From positions 12,090,001 to 12,154,000 of the forward strand of contig OX597841.1 in NCBI GenBank assembly GCA_951406725.2: a stretch of DNA of 64,000 nt, written 5' to 3'. A program made the position numbers and the translations under genes. The notes beneath the pieces were generated by a model. It was not told the DNA's origin, made no database searches, and saw only the letters and a program-made list of their open reading frames with translations. This document shows, one piece after another, positions 1-10,432 of the stretch; the first letter of the stretch is position 1; each line of letters starts with the position of its first letter. Origin of the DNA: Octopus vulgaris (taxonomy: Eukaryota).

Positions 1-559
1 TTCTCTCAAAGGAATTGGGGAGGGCATAGAGGATGACAACTGAACACTCATATATTATCATTTATTACATTACATTCAATTAGCCATACATTATTAGTTT
101 CATTATCCAAATATTTTCCTTCACGTTTCATGTATACCGAGGACCTTCTTTTTCATTGCTTCAATCAGTGTACATAAAGTGTTTGTGAAAGCAAAGAGTT
201 TTCACACTTATTTACTAATGAGCTTCTTCTTATAGCTAAATCACTACCAGAACTAGAGAACAAATTGTGCGTACGGAAGCAAGGTCTAGAATTGAAAGGT
301 CACAGAATTAACCTACCCAACCCTAACACAAAGTCTTAGTAAGTAGGAAAACAGATAAATCGTAAAGCCCTTCAGGTACATGGCCATCCTCAATATGAAG
401 GAAACAGGTAGGTAGATGTACTCTGTATAAAACATAATAGGTGTAGCAATATCAGAGGAAGGTAAACTGGGAAAATATTTTTTGCATGTGGAAGGTGCAC
501 ATGTACAGTAAACACTAAAAGTGTACAGAAAATGGGCTTCATCAAATACCAGAGGAGTA

Positions 560-750
560 CGATAAAGATTGTTGAGCAACAAAGTCAGTAGCAGAGGTGG
601 ATGAACCAAGAGTGAGGCTGCAAGAATAAAAATAGGCTGAGCAAATTCAGAGAGCTCCTTCCTCTGTTTAGTAACTAAGGGTCTCTCCTTCAGAGTGAAA
701 GCCAGATTTATTATACCTGTGCAGACAACTATGCTACATGGCAGAAGAAG
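560..750 (+). mobile_element. Decayed RTE-type LINE ORF remnant (post-RT region)
   Basis: Frameshifted match to the RIAWAKFRKLLPLLATKGLSLRVKGRLYDACVRTAMLHGS segment of the RTE copy at ~44790-44910. Confidence 0.65.
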
Positions 751-924
751 TAGACATAAGAAGGCATTGGACAAGGTGGTAATGCATGATCTTTGACTGT
801 TGGAACTTATAAAGGCAATGACTAATGACTGACACCTTTCATGACATGCCGTGCCTTAGAAGACAATATATTGTAATTAATTTCCCATCAATTAATTTTT
901 TCACAACCCCTGCCCACAACACTC

Positions 925-1080
925 ATGGAGTGCTTGATGTTAAGAAGGGCATCCAGCCATAGAAACAATGACAAATCAAGACTGGAGTCTGCTGCAGACC
1001 CTCAGCTTACAGCCCTGATGAAACTGTCCAACCCAAGCCAGCATAGAAAATGGACATTAAATGATGATGATGATGATGAG
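925..1080 (+). mobile_element. RTE-tail SINE/LINE 3' end
   Basis: aagggcatccagcc...ctgtccaaccc...ggacattaaa(tga)n, the same tail as the RTE 3' UTR at 45580-45715. Confidence 0.7.
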
Positions 1081-1815
1081 GACAATTCTTTTTGTAAAAC
1101 TTTTGCATTTGATGCTGAACATCTAGTTTAAAGTTAATTTTATACATTGAATTTTCATTTCCAGTGAAATCAATTTTAATATTTCAAATTCAAAAATATT
1201 TAACAAAATATAATGAGAAACTGAAGCAAGTACTACTTCTATATTTGTAAAAACAAAAAGAAACAAATAGAGGAAAATGAGCAAAATTGTGCAAAAGTGA
1301 ACTAAGAAACAGAATACTGTGTAAGGCAAGAGACAACTGTATTTTATGAAAGTACCATATTGCATAAACACAAAAAAAAGAAACTATTGCAGAGGGAATT
1401 AAACTGAAACAGATATCAACATGATACACACAACCCATGCTAGTATGGATAAAATGATTAGATATTTCTGTCGAGAGAAAATTCAGTGACAATCTTATGC
1501 AACCAACAATAACCTCAAACTTATCAGATTATTGTAGATGAGCAACAACTCAAGAAAACCTGTCAAAATTCTATGTTCTTACAATGAATTAATTGCAAGT
1601 ATTTAAGTATGTAGACAACATAATTTCATGTTTTATATGCATCAATACATGTGTAAAAATAAGTCTCATATCTACGTTCATTTTTCCATCCTAGCATGAG
1701 TTTGAAAAATATAAGATTTAATAGTTGGGTAACGTTGTCGTAGCTAATGCTAATTTTCTACTAAAGGTTTTCTTTTTTCTTTCAAAGTGCAGTTGTAACA
1801 AATGATACATTTGTA

Positions 1816-3016
1816 CACAAACATGACAAAAGTAAATAGATACCCATTAACACATTGTTATTATAACTTGAAGAGGTTTATATTTTTTTTATTAATTGAC
1901 ATTTATATGTTTCAGGTTCTATATGTAACTGTTTAATCATGCCATGTACAAAAGAAGCCTTAAAAATGTCCAATTTACAAAGAGGCCATATGCTGCACCT
2001 ATTTCAAGGCTGACTTAGCCTAAAACCACAGAAAACATTGTGATTCTACTTTCTACAGTAAATAGAGTAATTTTTCAATTCACTAAACGAGAAAGTAGTC
2101 CATATCACCTTACCCAGGTAGACTAAGGCCCTCTGACAACACTTTGCTTTCTTAAGAGAAGTGTGTAAGATAATCCTCATTGCAAGGCCTCCAATATAGC
2201 AGAATAAGTTGATGTCAGTCCCAGAATAGCTGTCAGTTATCTCCGCAAAATTGGCTATTATGGCAGAGCAGCAAGAAAGAAGACACTGCTTCGACCAGCC
2301 AATATCAAATGGAGAAAAGATTGGACAAGTGAAATGGTAGAGAGGTCACTAGCACTTTGGGACACTGTCAAATTCTCTGATGAATCCAGATTTGCTGTAT
2401 TTTCTGACACTGGTCGAATGTGGGTCTGGAGAATCAGTCACCAATATTTTCACGTGAATATATTGCAGCCAACAATGAAACATGTGATGGTCTAGAGAGC
2501 AGTTTGGAGCAATAGTCAATCAGAAATGGTGGAATGTGAGGGATACATAAACTCAGATAAATATGTGTCCATATTATAGAAAAATCTTCTTCCTATAACC
2601 TCCAGGGGTAATATGATTAAATAACACTATTTATGGAAGATAGGGCTTTCTTGCACAACTAAAAGACCCAGGATTGGTTGGAAGAGAATGGCATTAAAAA
2701 GCTTCCATAGCTAAGCCAATCACCAGATATGAACCCTACTGAACACCTCTGAGGCATGATGGATGGGATACTTCCTAAAAAGAAAAAGAAAGCATCCTTA
2801 AAGCCAGATCTTTTGATATTACTGCAAGAAACTTGGCAAGAAAATCATGAAGAGAATATTCATCAGATCAGTAGCATGCCTGCTAGGGTCCTTGCATTCA
2901 AAAATGCAAGGAGCCTGTCTACTAAATATTAGATATTCACATTATAATAATTAATAAATAATTTAAATAAATTTTAACAATTATAAGGATGTCTATTTAA
3001 TTCTGTCATGTCTATG
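1816..3016 (+). mobile_element. Decayed full-length Tc1-type DNA transposon
   Basis: Degenerate ~30-bp TIRs (cacaaacatgacaaaagtaaataga / tctatttaattctgtcatgtctatg) flanked by TA on both sides. Transposase remnants RAARKKTLL, WDTVKFSDESRF, MEDRA and SQSPDMNPTEHL with stops and frameshifts. Confidence 0.85.
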
Positions 3017-3884
3017 TAGTTTTTGAAGCAAAACACAATGGAAACATTAATATTAAGACCTTTTCAAAAATCTCTCTCAAGCTTTTCATGCACACTAAGA
3101 TTTTATTGACATTCATTCAAATTCACTCATTCCAACATGAAACAATTTTTTCCATCAAAAACTTTGTGATGTTTTCACTGTCTCTAATTTGATCTAGATC
3201 CTCTAAGTGTCTCTAATGCATTCATGCCTTAATTTCAATTTGTTCCCAAGATTTTTCCTCAGGGCCAACTCACCAAACAGAAATTAATGAGAGACCTAAT
3301 TGCCTTTCATCTTGATCACATAAATACTCCCACATATTTGGTGCTCAAATACAGCATGCTCCACACTAGGAGATTGACAGTTACCCAGTATATGCAAAAA
3401 TAGAACACATTTGCAGTACTAAACAAGCCATTACTATTGCATTTTCTGGCTTCATGTTTCCCAATTATATCCCAATTTTTTTTATCTCTGAAATCACCAA
3501 GTATGAAGATTTTATAAGCAGAAAGAATACTGCACAGAAGCTTTTTTCATGAAAGATAAAATATTAGTCTTTTTTTCTCTTCAGAGGAACACATGGTTGG
3601 AGGGTAGACACTTACTAAAATAACAAATCTCTTGTTTGACAATGGCAATCTCACTGACATCAAGGTAATCAGTAAATCCAAAGTGTTCATAATCTTAGAT
3701 GCCAATATTTCACAAACATTCAATGGTCTGTACTCTCTTGCAGTAGCAAGATGACACATAGGCCCAGGCTGCAATACTGTGGGACACCTTCCAAGCCAGA
3801 CCTTTCACTATCCATTCCACATCCCTTCTTGATATTACTCTAAATTATTTTGATTTTTCAATGAGTATTTTTGCACTTTTTGTC

Positions 3885-3972
3885 AACATGCATCACATAA
3901 TTGATATGGTGTATAACATGCATCACATAATTGATATGGTGTATTATGCATCACATAATTGATATGGTGTAT
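3885..3972. repeat. ~30-bp tandem repeat x3
   Basis: aacatgcatcacataattgatatggtgtat twice plus a slightly shortened third copy. Confidence 0.9.
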
Positions 3973-4229
3973 ACACACACACAAATGCAATAAGGATCAT
4001 ATAGTTCCCATCAACCACTTTTACCAAAAATGCATTTGTTGGTCCCTACCTATAGTCGAATACTCTTGCCCAAAATGCCACACAGTAGAACTAGACCCTA
4101 AACCATGGTATTGGGAAACAAACATATTTTACATTTGCAAACATATATGTCTTATGGAAATTGTTCAATATACACAGAGAAACAGTTGTTCAATTTACAA
4201 ACAGCTATGGTTAACTAACAGAAAACTTA

Positions 4230-4647
4230 ATTTAACAAAAAAATTATGTACTTACATGCAGGTGAAGCTTCACATGGGGCTACTTGCTTGGTAAAATCTA
4301 CATGTATAAAGAAAAGTCTACATGTATAAACTGTTGTGGTGAGAGTCATTGGTAACCCTATGGGATTGAAAGAATGGACTAGCAAAACTCTTATAACAAA
4401 AACTAGCATATTGGTTGAGACAAAGAGAGTCATAAGAGTCATTGGGAGTTCATGGAAGTTGTTGACGTTGTTCAGAGTTTGTATTTATTGGAGTATTGTG
4501 TTTAGTAGAGTAATCTGAAGTGGCTTGTGTGAAGACAGTTGTGTCTATCCCCGCTTCGTGAAATTTGCATATCCAACATATAGAAGGATATAAGATAAAC
4601 AAAAGTCTGCATGTAAACCCATAAGTGTAATCATTCATTTTTTAACC
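4230..4647 (-). pseudogene. Putative exon 2 of a decayed minus-strand gene, possibly zinc-finger-derived
   Basis: Strong acceptor tttttcttttttactttcag before 4647, ATG at 4638, 62-aa ORF. The same frame past the TGA reads YASFCYKSFASPFFQSHRV, resembling a degenerate C2H2 finger. Confidence 0.3.
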
Positions 4648-5339
4648 CTGAAAGTAAAAAAGAAAAACATCCTAATAGTAGCGAAAGGAAAATTTTGGCT
4701 TTAGTATCAGTTCACTACTCTTTATTTGAAGTGACAAGTAGCAATTCTTTCTGTAAACCATTTATATTACAGGCAAACATTATGCAAATGGAAACTTTTA
4801 CATGTCTCAGGAAAGATATAAATGCAGGCAATGTGAGACCAACTTTCATTAAAACTACACAAGAAATTCATAAAAATTCATTCACAGATTTTATTCTATT
4901 AAACTTAAGATGGTGGAGAGGCACAATTGTTAGTGTTGGCAAAATACCTTCCAATATTTCTACCAGCTCTTTATGTTCTAGTTTCAAATCCTGTTGAGGC
5001 TAACTTTGTTTCTCTTCCTTTCATGGTTGATAAAAAAAGTGCAAGTCAAGTAATAAGATCAATTTAATCAATTAACCACTTCCTCTAAAATTTGAGGCAT
5101 TCCCCTGTTTTACAAACATAACGAATTAATCAAATGACTTGGGAAAAATAAATCTGCAAGTTAGGAAACAGGATAGCTTTCCTGTCATTCAAATATTCGT
5201 GAAATTTACAATATATCATAATTTCAGCAATTCACATAGTCATATTGTAAGAGAGTTCATCATCATTTCACTAAAGATGCATACACTAATATAGAAACTG
5301 ATATTAATTAAGAAATCTTAACCATAAACAATGCTAGTC

Positions 5340-5490
5340 TGTTTACGTCCCCGTAACTTAGAGGTTCACCGAAAAAAAACTGTTAGAATAAGTACTAGGC
5401 CTACAAAGAATAAGTCCTGGGGTCGATATGCTCGACTGAAGGTGGTGCTTCAGCATGGCCACAGTTAAATGAGAGTAAACGAGTAAATAG
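5340..5490 (+). mobile_element. tRNA-derived SINE, 3' half
   Basis: gtttacgtccccgtaacttag...gaataagtcctggggtcga...cagcatggcc; same family as the full copy at 39506-39905 (opposite strand). Confidence 0.8.
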
Positions 5491-5788
5491 CGACAAAAGT
5501 CTGTAACCTGTTCACTAGGGAGATAGCAGAAAATATCTCCTAAACCTCATAAAATACGTTTCATGTTGTAATTTCTGTTGTAATTTTTGTTTTAGATAGG
5601 ATATATGCGTGTGTGGGTATATACACGTATATCTGTATGTGTGTATATATGTGTGTGTGTGTAAAGAGAGGGAAAAAGGGAATATCCTTTCAGTTTCCAT
5701 CTATCAACGTTTTTATATACTTAAGAAATATCACTCGGGGTAATTTTCTCCATGTCAAAGTAAATAAATCGAAAAGTAATTAACTTAC

Positions 5789-5900
5789 CTTCGTATATTG
5801 ATTGAAGAAATTAACCTTCTTTTCCATTAATTAAATTTTAAAACCGAAAAACTTTTTCCGTTGAATTTTTCCCTCGTCTTTCATTTAAACATGGCGCTTC
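5789..5900 (-). promoter_or_regulatory. Putative non-coding first exon / promoter region
   Basis: Consensus donor AAG|GTAAGT at 5789/5788, YY1-like AACATGGCG at 5888-5896, locally raised CpG; pairs with the acceptor at 4647. Confidence 0.4.
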
Positions 5901-6458
5901 GATTAATTATTGATTGCAATTTCCTATGTCACATTACTTTCGCATTCGTATCAAACGAAATAACTGAATTAAGATTTATTAATACGGAATAAAATCAGCA
6001 AAAATATTTAAAACTGTTTTTTATTAAACTTTATTCAAACTTTATTACTATTCGCTGTGTAATCGGCTAACTATTGCTGTCTTAATTGTAGACGCGCTGT
6101 TTCGTATTAGGCAGAATACATATATCAACGTCATTTTCGTACCCTATACAAAATATGATATATATATTTTTTATCTATTATCCTATTGATAGGATATTAT
6201 AATTCATAACAGTCTTTCCTGATGAGCTAAAATTTAACCAAACAGAATTACGGTATCGTGCGCGCATTATAAACACAACAACCATTGACTCCATAAGAAA
6301 TAGGATCACCTGTGGCCGTATCGTGTTGTTGCTCGTAACATTTCCTCAACTCTTGTATTTCACTTGAAATGGATGGAATCGCGCTAATAGTCACTTTGGA
6401 CGATAACTCCAAAATACCGTCCGCTAGGCCCGCCAACTGTTGAATTAAATTCTGTTTT

Positions 6459-6727
6459 TGTGGTGTGGTGATGAGGGAGTGTGACAGAGAGGGAGGGAGC
6501 GGAAGTGGGTCTTGCAGGTCTCGCAGGGCGCATGCGCCGGCGGAGGCGGAAGTCAGCGACAGAGCGCACGTGCGGCATCGACCAGGGCAGGGAGACTCGA
6601 GAACGACGACAAGACGCTAGCAAGTTGGCTCAAGGCGAATCCGGCTTCATCTCTACAGGTAAGACCAAATTACACTTCTAATTCTTTTCCTTGTTCTGTT
6701 ACGCTCCTTTTCACCACACTTATCACA
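6459..6727 (+). repeat. 5' LTR
   Basis: Direct repeat of 10433-10701 (offset 3974); no differences seen, and ORF-track translations agree across the shared region. Confidence 0.97.
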
Positions 6728-6739
6728 AGCTATTTCGGC
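6728..6739 (+). promoter_or_regulatory. Atypical primer-binding site complementary to tRNA-Phe nt 1-12
   Basis: AGCTATTTCGGC directly follows the LTR-terminal CA. Its reverse complement GCCGAAATAGCT is the conserved 5' end of metazoan tRNA-Phe(GAA). Confidence 0.7.
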
Positions 6740-6780
6740 AAAATAATCACTCGGTTTCGTGAAAATAAAAAATAAAAATT

Positions 6781-7535
6781 ATGCAGACTGCTATGATTTC
6801 ACGCGACCCTATAACACCGTTTTGCGGCGACACCGACGTGGTCGCTTGGTTGAGGAGGGTGAAGTTGGTGGCGAAGCTACACGGCATAGCTGACCTGGCT
6901 AGTTTTATGCCGTTGTATTTGGATGGCCCGGCGTTGGCGTTATATCTGGAGATGGAGGAAGCGGACCAACGCAGCGAGACAAGGTGGAGATCCGACTTAT
7001 GGAGGCCTTCGCGGAAGGAATGTTCGAAGCGTACACTCGAATGGGTAGGATGAGGTGGACAGGACAGCAGGTGGACGTGTTCGCCGGCGAGCTTAGAAGG
7101 TTGGCAAAACTTGCGGGATATGAGGGAGAGTCGCTAGAACGCACGGTCAGGTTAGCGTTCGTGACCGGCTTTCCCGACATCATGTCGGTCGAGCTACAGA
7201 AGCTCCCGAACGTGCGTTCGATGCCGATGGCCGAGATTATATCGCGGGCACGTGTACTGGTGTCGTGCAGCAGGTCGACGTCGGTAGCAGCGACTGCAAC
7301 GTCGAAAAGTGGCCCAGCTAGGAGCAACGGAGAGGGGCTGGGGAAAGAACGCGTGCGGTCGTTTAAGGGACAGTGTTTCCGGTGCCAGGGCCCACACATG
7401 GTCCGTGACTGCGCGTCGCCCAAGCCCGAGGTGATTTGCTACCGGTGCCGAGAGCCGGGGCATGTGGCCAGCGAGTGTCTGCGGGGAAACGGACCGCGGG
7501 AGACTACTGCGCCGGTAGTTGTCCCTTTGGATTAG
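6781..7535 (+). CDS. gag: Gag with two CCHC zinc knuckles; one frameshift near 6965-6985
   Basis: ORFs 6781-7053 and 6984-7535 join into one gag. Knuckles CFRCQGPHMVRDC and CYRCREPGHVASEC. Confidence 0.88.
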
Positions 7536-10396
7536 TAGCGGCGCGTTTCTCATCGTTACCTGTGGTCGACATTCTGGTGAAGGGGAAGATGTCGCGAGCC
7601 CTGGTGGACACGGGCTGTACGACGACCCTGATGACCACAGAAGTGGCAGAGACGTGGAGTGCAGGAAGCAGTGTCAGGGCAGTCGACGGAAGAGAAGTGC
7701 ACTGCGAAGGGGTTACGGATGCGCAGATCGTGGTGCAGGGACTGCAGCTGACGTTGCGAGCGATTGTGGTCGGTCACTTGGTGGACGAGATCGACGTGGT
7801 GATGGGGATGGATGCGATCACCCGTCTGGGAGGTGTTACAGTCAACGAGGCTGGCGTAACGTTTGGGCTAGCAGGGAAGCCGTGTAGGGCGACACCACGC
7901 ACCGACAACGACCGTGAGGAAATGGATGCGGCGCACACCATTGAAGACCAGGATTTTCGGGCTGTCTTTGATGGCGAGAGGTGGACAGTGGAGTGGCACT
8001 GGAAGGGAGAGCCCCCGATGTTAAAGAACAAAGTGGGCTGCTATCAGCATACTCTAAAAGGAGATGCCAGAAGTGAGTTCGAGGGGGAGGTGGAGCGGTG
8101 GATTAAGGAGGGCATACTGATCCCCTGGGAAAAAGAAGAGAGCGGAGTCCTGCCACTGATGGCGGTGATACAGCCCACAAAGCGTAAGGTCAGGCCAGTG
8201 CTCGACTTCCGAGAGCTGAATGACCACGTGTCGTGTCATACAGGCGGCGAGGCCACGGATGTCTGCGGAGACACCTTGCGAGAGTGGAGGCAGACGGCGG
8301 GGGCCTCCACGATTGTCGATTTGAAGTCGGCATACCTTCAGGTTCATGTGGCTGAGAAACTATGGAGGTACCAGCTCGTCAGGTATAGGGGCCGGACGTA
8401 CTGTCTGACCAGGTTGGGATTCGGGCTGAATTCAGCTCCGAAGATTATGGCAACAATTCTCAAGGCCGTCCTGGGGAAGGTGGACAGAGTAAAAAGGGCC
8501 ACCAATTCATACATCGACGACATTCTGGTGGATGAAACCGTGATACCAGCAACGGAGGTCATAGGCCACCTGAAGAGTTTTGGACTGATCGCCAAGCCGC
8601 CAGAGGCTATGGAGGGAGGTGCTGCACTGGGCCTCAAGCTATGGAGAGACAAAGCCGGCGCCTTGGTGTTCCGGCGAGGGAATGAGATCCCTGAACTGGG
8701 CGCCAGCATGAGTAGACGGGAGCTGTTCTCTGTGTGTGGGAAGCTGGTGGGACACTACCCGATTGCAGGCTGGCTCCGGACAGCATGCAGCTTCATCAAG
8801 AGACGAGCCGAAGGAGTGAAGTGGAATGACAAAGTGGGGGAGAGGACGATCGACATGATGCAGGAAGTCCTGGTCAGAGTAAGAGCAGAGGACCCGGTGA
8901 GGGGCAGCTGGTACGTTCCCAAATCAAAGAGCGGGATCGTATGGTGTGACGCCTGTAGCATCGCAATAGGGATTGTCTTGGAAGTGGGAGGTGTCACGGT
9001 GGAAGATGCAGCCTGGCTCAGGAAGATGGATGACTGCAGTCACATCAACGTGGCGGAGTTGGAAGCCGTGCTGAAGGGGGTGAACCTAGCCTTGAAGTGG
9101 GGGTTGCACACCATAGAAATCAGGACTGATTCAGCCACTGTACTTGGTTGGGCGACGGCAGTCATCACCGATGAGCGGAGGGTGCGGACCAAAGGGGCTG
9201 CAGAGATGCTGGTAAAGCGTCGATTGGGGATACTGCGTGAACTGACCACTGAGTTCAATCTGAAGCTGAGCGTGATCTTTGTGCCTTCCGAGAAGAACAG
9301 GGCAGACGTCCTGACCAGGGTTAAGCGAGCCTGGTTGCAAGTGCCAGAGGACGCGAAGCAGGATGTAGCTGCAGTATGCCATCTGAGCGACTCGGAGTTG
9401 CGGAGACTGCACACCATGCATCACATGGGTGTGGACAGGACGTTGTTCCTGGCCAGAAAAGTCGACTCCGACGTAACAAGACAGAGCGTGCGGAGAGTGG
9501 TTAGCAGTTGCGACAGGTGCCAGTCCATCGACCCTGCTCCGGTCGTGCATGAAGCGGAAAGTATTCCAGTGGACCAGGACTGGAGACGACTGGCGGTGGA
9601 CATAACACACTACCGGCAGGGGACATACCTCTCAATGGTTGACTGCGGACCGGGGCGGTTCGCCATATGGAGGGAGATGAGGTCAGGAACCGCAGAAGAA
9701 ATTGCGAAAGTGCTGAACGAGATATTCCTGGAACGAGGCCCCGTGGATGAACTGCTTCTGGACAACGGCACTGCATTTCGCTCGGAGGCGCTGAGAGAAA
9801 TGCTTGATGAGTGGAAGGTCAACCGCTTCTTCAGGGCGGCATACCGGCCAAGTGGAAACGGGGTGGTGGAAAGGCATCATCGTACCATCAAGGCCATGGT
9901 TGAGAGGGGTCACATTTCACCAGTCGAGGCCGTGTTTTGGTACAACATGTCGCCCAGATCAGGACAGGCCGAGGAGTCGGTGCCACACAGGGCAATATTC
10001 AGGTACGAGTGGAGGCATCCGTGTACTACATCAATGCGACCCGGGGCAGAGGAAGAGCACGCCTTCGTGCAGGTCGGGGAGGAAGTCTGGGTGAAACCCC
10101 CGAACGCACGGTGTACATCGCAATGGGGAAAGGGGACAATAACCTCCGTAAATTCAAAGAACAACATCTCGGTAGATGGTATGCCACGCCACGTTTTGGA
10201 CATACGGAGGATTGTCCATGCCCCGGAGGATGGGACAAGCAACAGTGGGCAAGACGATAACAACAGACAGGATGACGAGGTCGGCAGCAACACGCCAGAA
10301 ACAAGTCCTAGGGTCGCACTGCGACCACAGAGGGAGCGGCACCCTCCTCCCTGGTTGGCTGACTACGAAACCAGTTTCAGGTGCGGGAGCGAGTGA
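7436..10396 (+). CDS. pol: Pol polyprotein (aspartic protease, RT, RNase H, integrase), entered by frameshift at ~7490
   Basis: Uninterrupted 986-aa ORF: ALVDTG; VDLKSAY...RLGFG...YIDD; WCDA...HINVAELEA...TDS...NRAD; H-H-C-C then AVD...LLDNG...VVER. Confidence 0.96.
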   Translation: MLPVPRAGACGQRVSAGKRTAGDYCAGSCPFGLVAARFSSLPVVDILVKGKMSRALVDTGCTTTLMTTEVAETWSAGSSVRAVDGREVHCEGVTDAQIVVQGLQLTLRAIVVGHLVDEIDVVMGMDAITRLGGVTVNEAGVTFGLAGKPCRATPRTDNDREEMDAAHTIEDQDFRAVFDGERWTVEWHWKGEPPMLKNKVGCYQHTLKGDARSEFEGEVERWIKEGILIPWEKEESGVLPLMAVIQPTKRKVRPVLDFRELNDHVSCHTGGEATDVCGDTLREWRQTAGASTIVDLKSAYLQVHVAEKLWRYQLVRYRGRTYCLTRLGFGLNSAPKIMATILKAVLGKVDRVKRATNSYIDDILVDETVIPATEVIGHLKSFGLIAKPPEAMEGGAALGLKLWRDKAGALVFRRGNEIPELGASMSRRELFSVCGKLVGHYPIAGWLRTACSFIKRRAEGVKWNDKVGERTIDMMQEVLVRVRAEDPVRGSWYVPKSKSGIVWCDACSIAIGIVLEVGGVTVEDAAWLRKMDDCSHINVAELEAVLKGVNLALKWGLHTIEIRTDSATVLGWATAVITDERRVRTKGAAEMLVKRRLGILRELTTEFNLKLSVIFVPSEKNRADVLTRVKRAWLQVPEDAKQDVAAVCHLSDSELRRLHTMHHMGVDRTLFLARKVDSDVTRQSVRRVVSSCDRCQSIDPAPVVHEAESIPVDQDWRRLAVDITHYRQGTYLSMVDCGPGRFAIWREMRSGTAEEIAKVLNEIFLERGPVDELLLDNGTAFRSEALREMLDEWKVNRFFRAAYRPSGNGVVERHHRTIKAMVERGHISPVEAVFWYNMSPRSGQAEESVPHRAIFRYEWRHPCTTSMRPGAEEEHAFVQVGEEVWVKPPNARCTSQWGKGTITSVNSKNNISVDGMPRHVLDIRRIVHAPEDGTSNSGQDDNNRQDDEVGSNTPETSPRVALRPQRERHPPPWLADYETSFRCGSE
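7484..7544 (+). promoter_or_regulatory. Programmed -1 ribosomal frameshift signal (slippery heptamer + predicted pseudoknot)
   Basis: G GGA AAC at 7484-7490 in the gag frame, 7-nt spacer, stem GGGAGACTAC/GTAGTTGTCCC, loop GCGCC pairing with GGCGC at 7540-7544. Pol lies in the -1 frame. Confidence 0.85.
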
Positions 10397-10432
10397 GGAA
10401 GCCGGTTCAGTGATCTATAGATCAGGGGGGCG

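Noticed and set aside
6090-6245. Hammerhead-like motifs near 6095-6132 (minus) and CTGATGAG at 6219
   Set aside because: Core nucleotides are degenerate (no intact CUGANGA plus GAAA pair)
6459-6745. Tf1-type self-priming as the explanation for the missing TGG PBS
   Set aside because: I find no GCCGAAATAGCT or close variant inside the LTR for the PBS to pair with; the tRNA-Phe 5' end matches exactly
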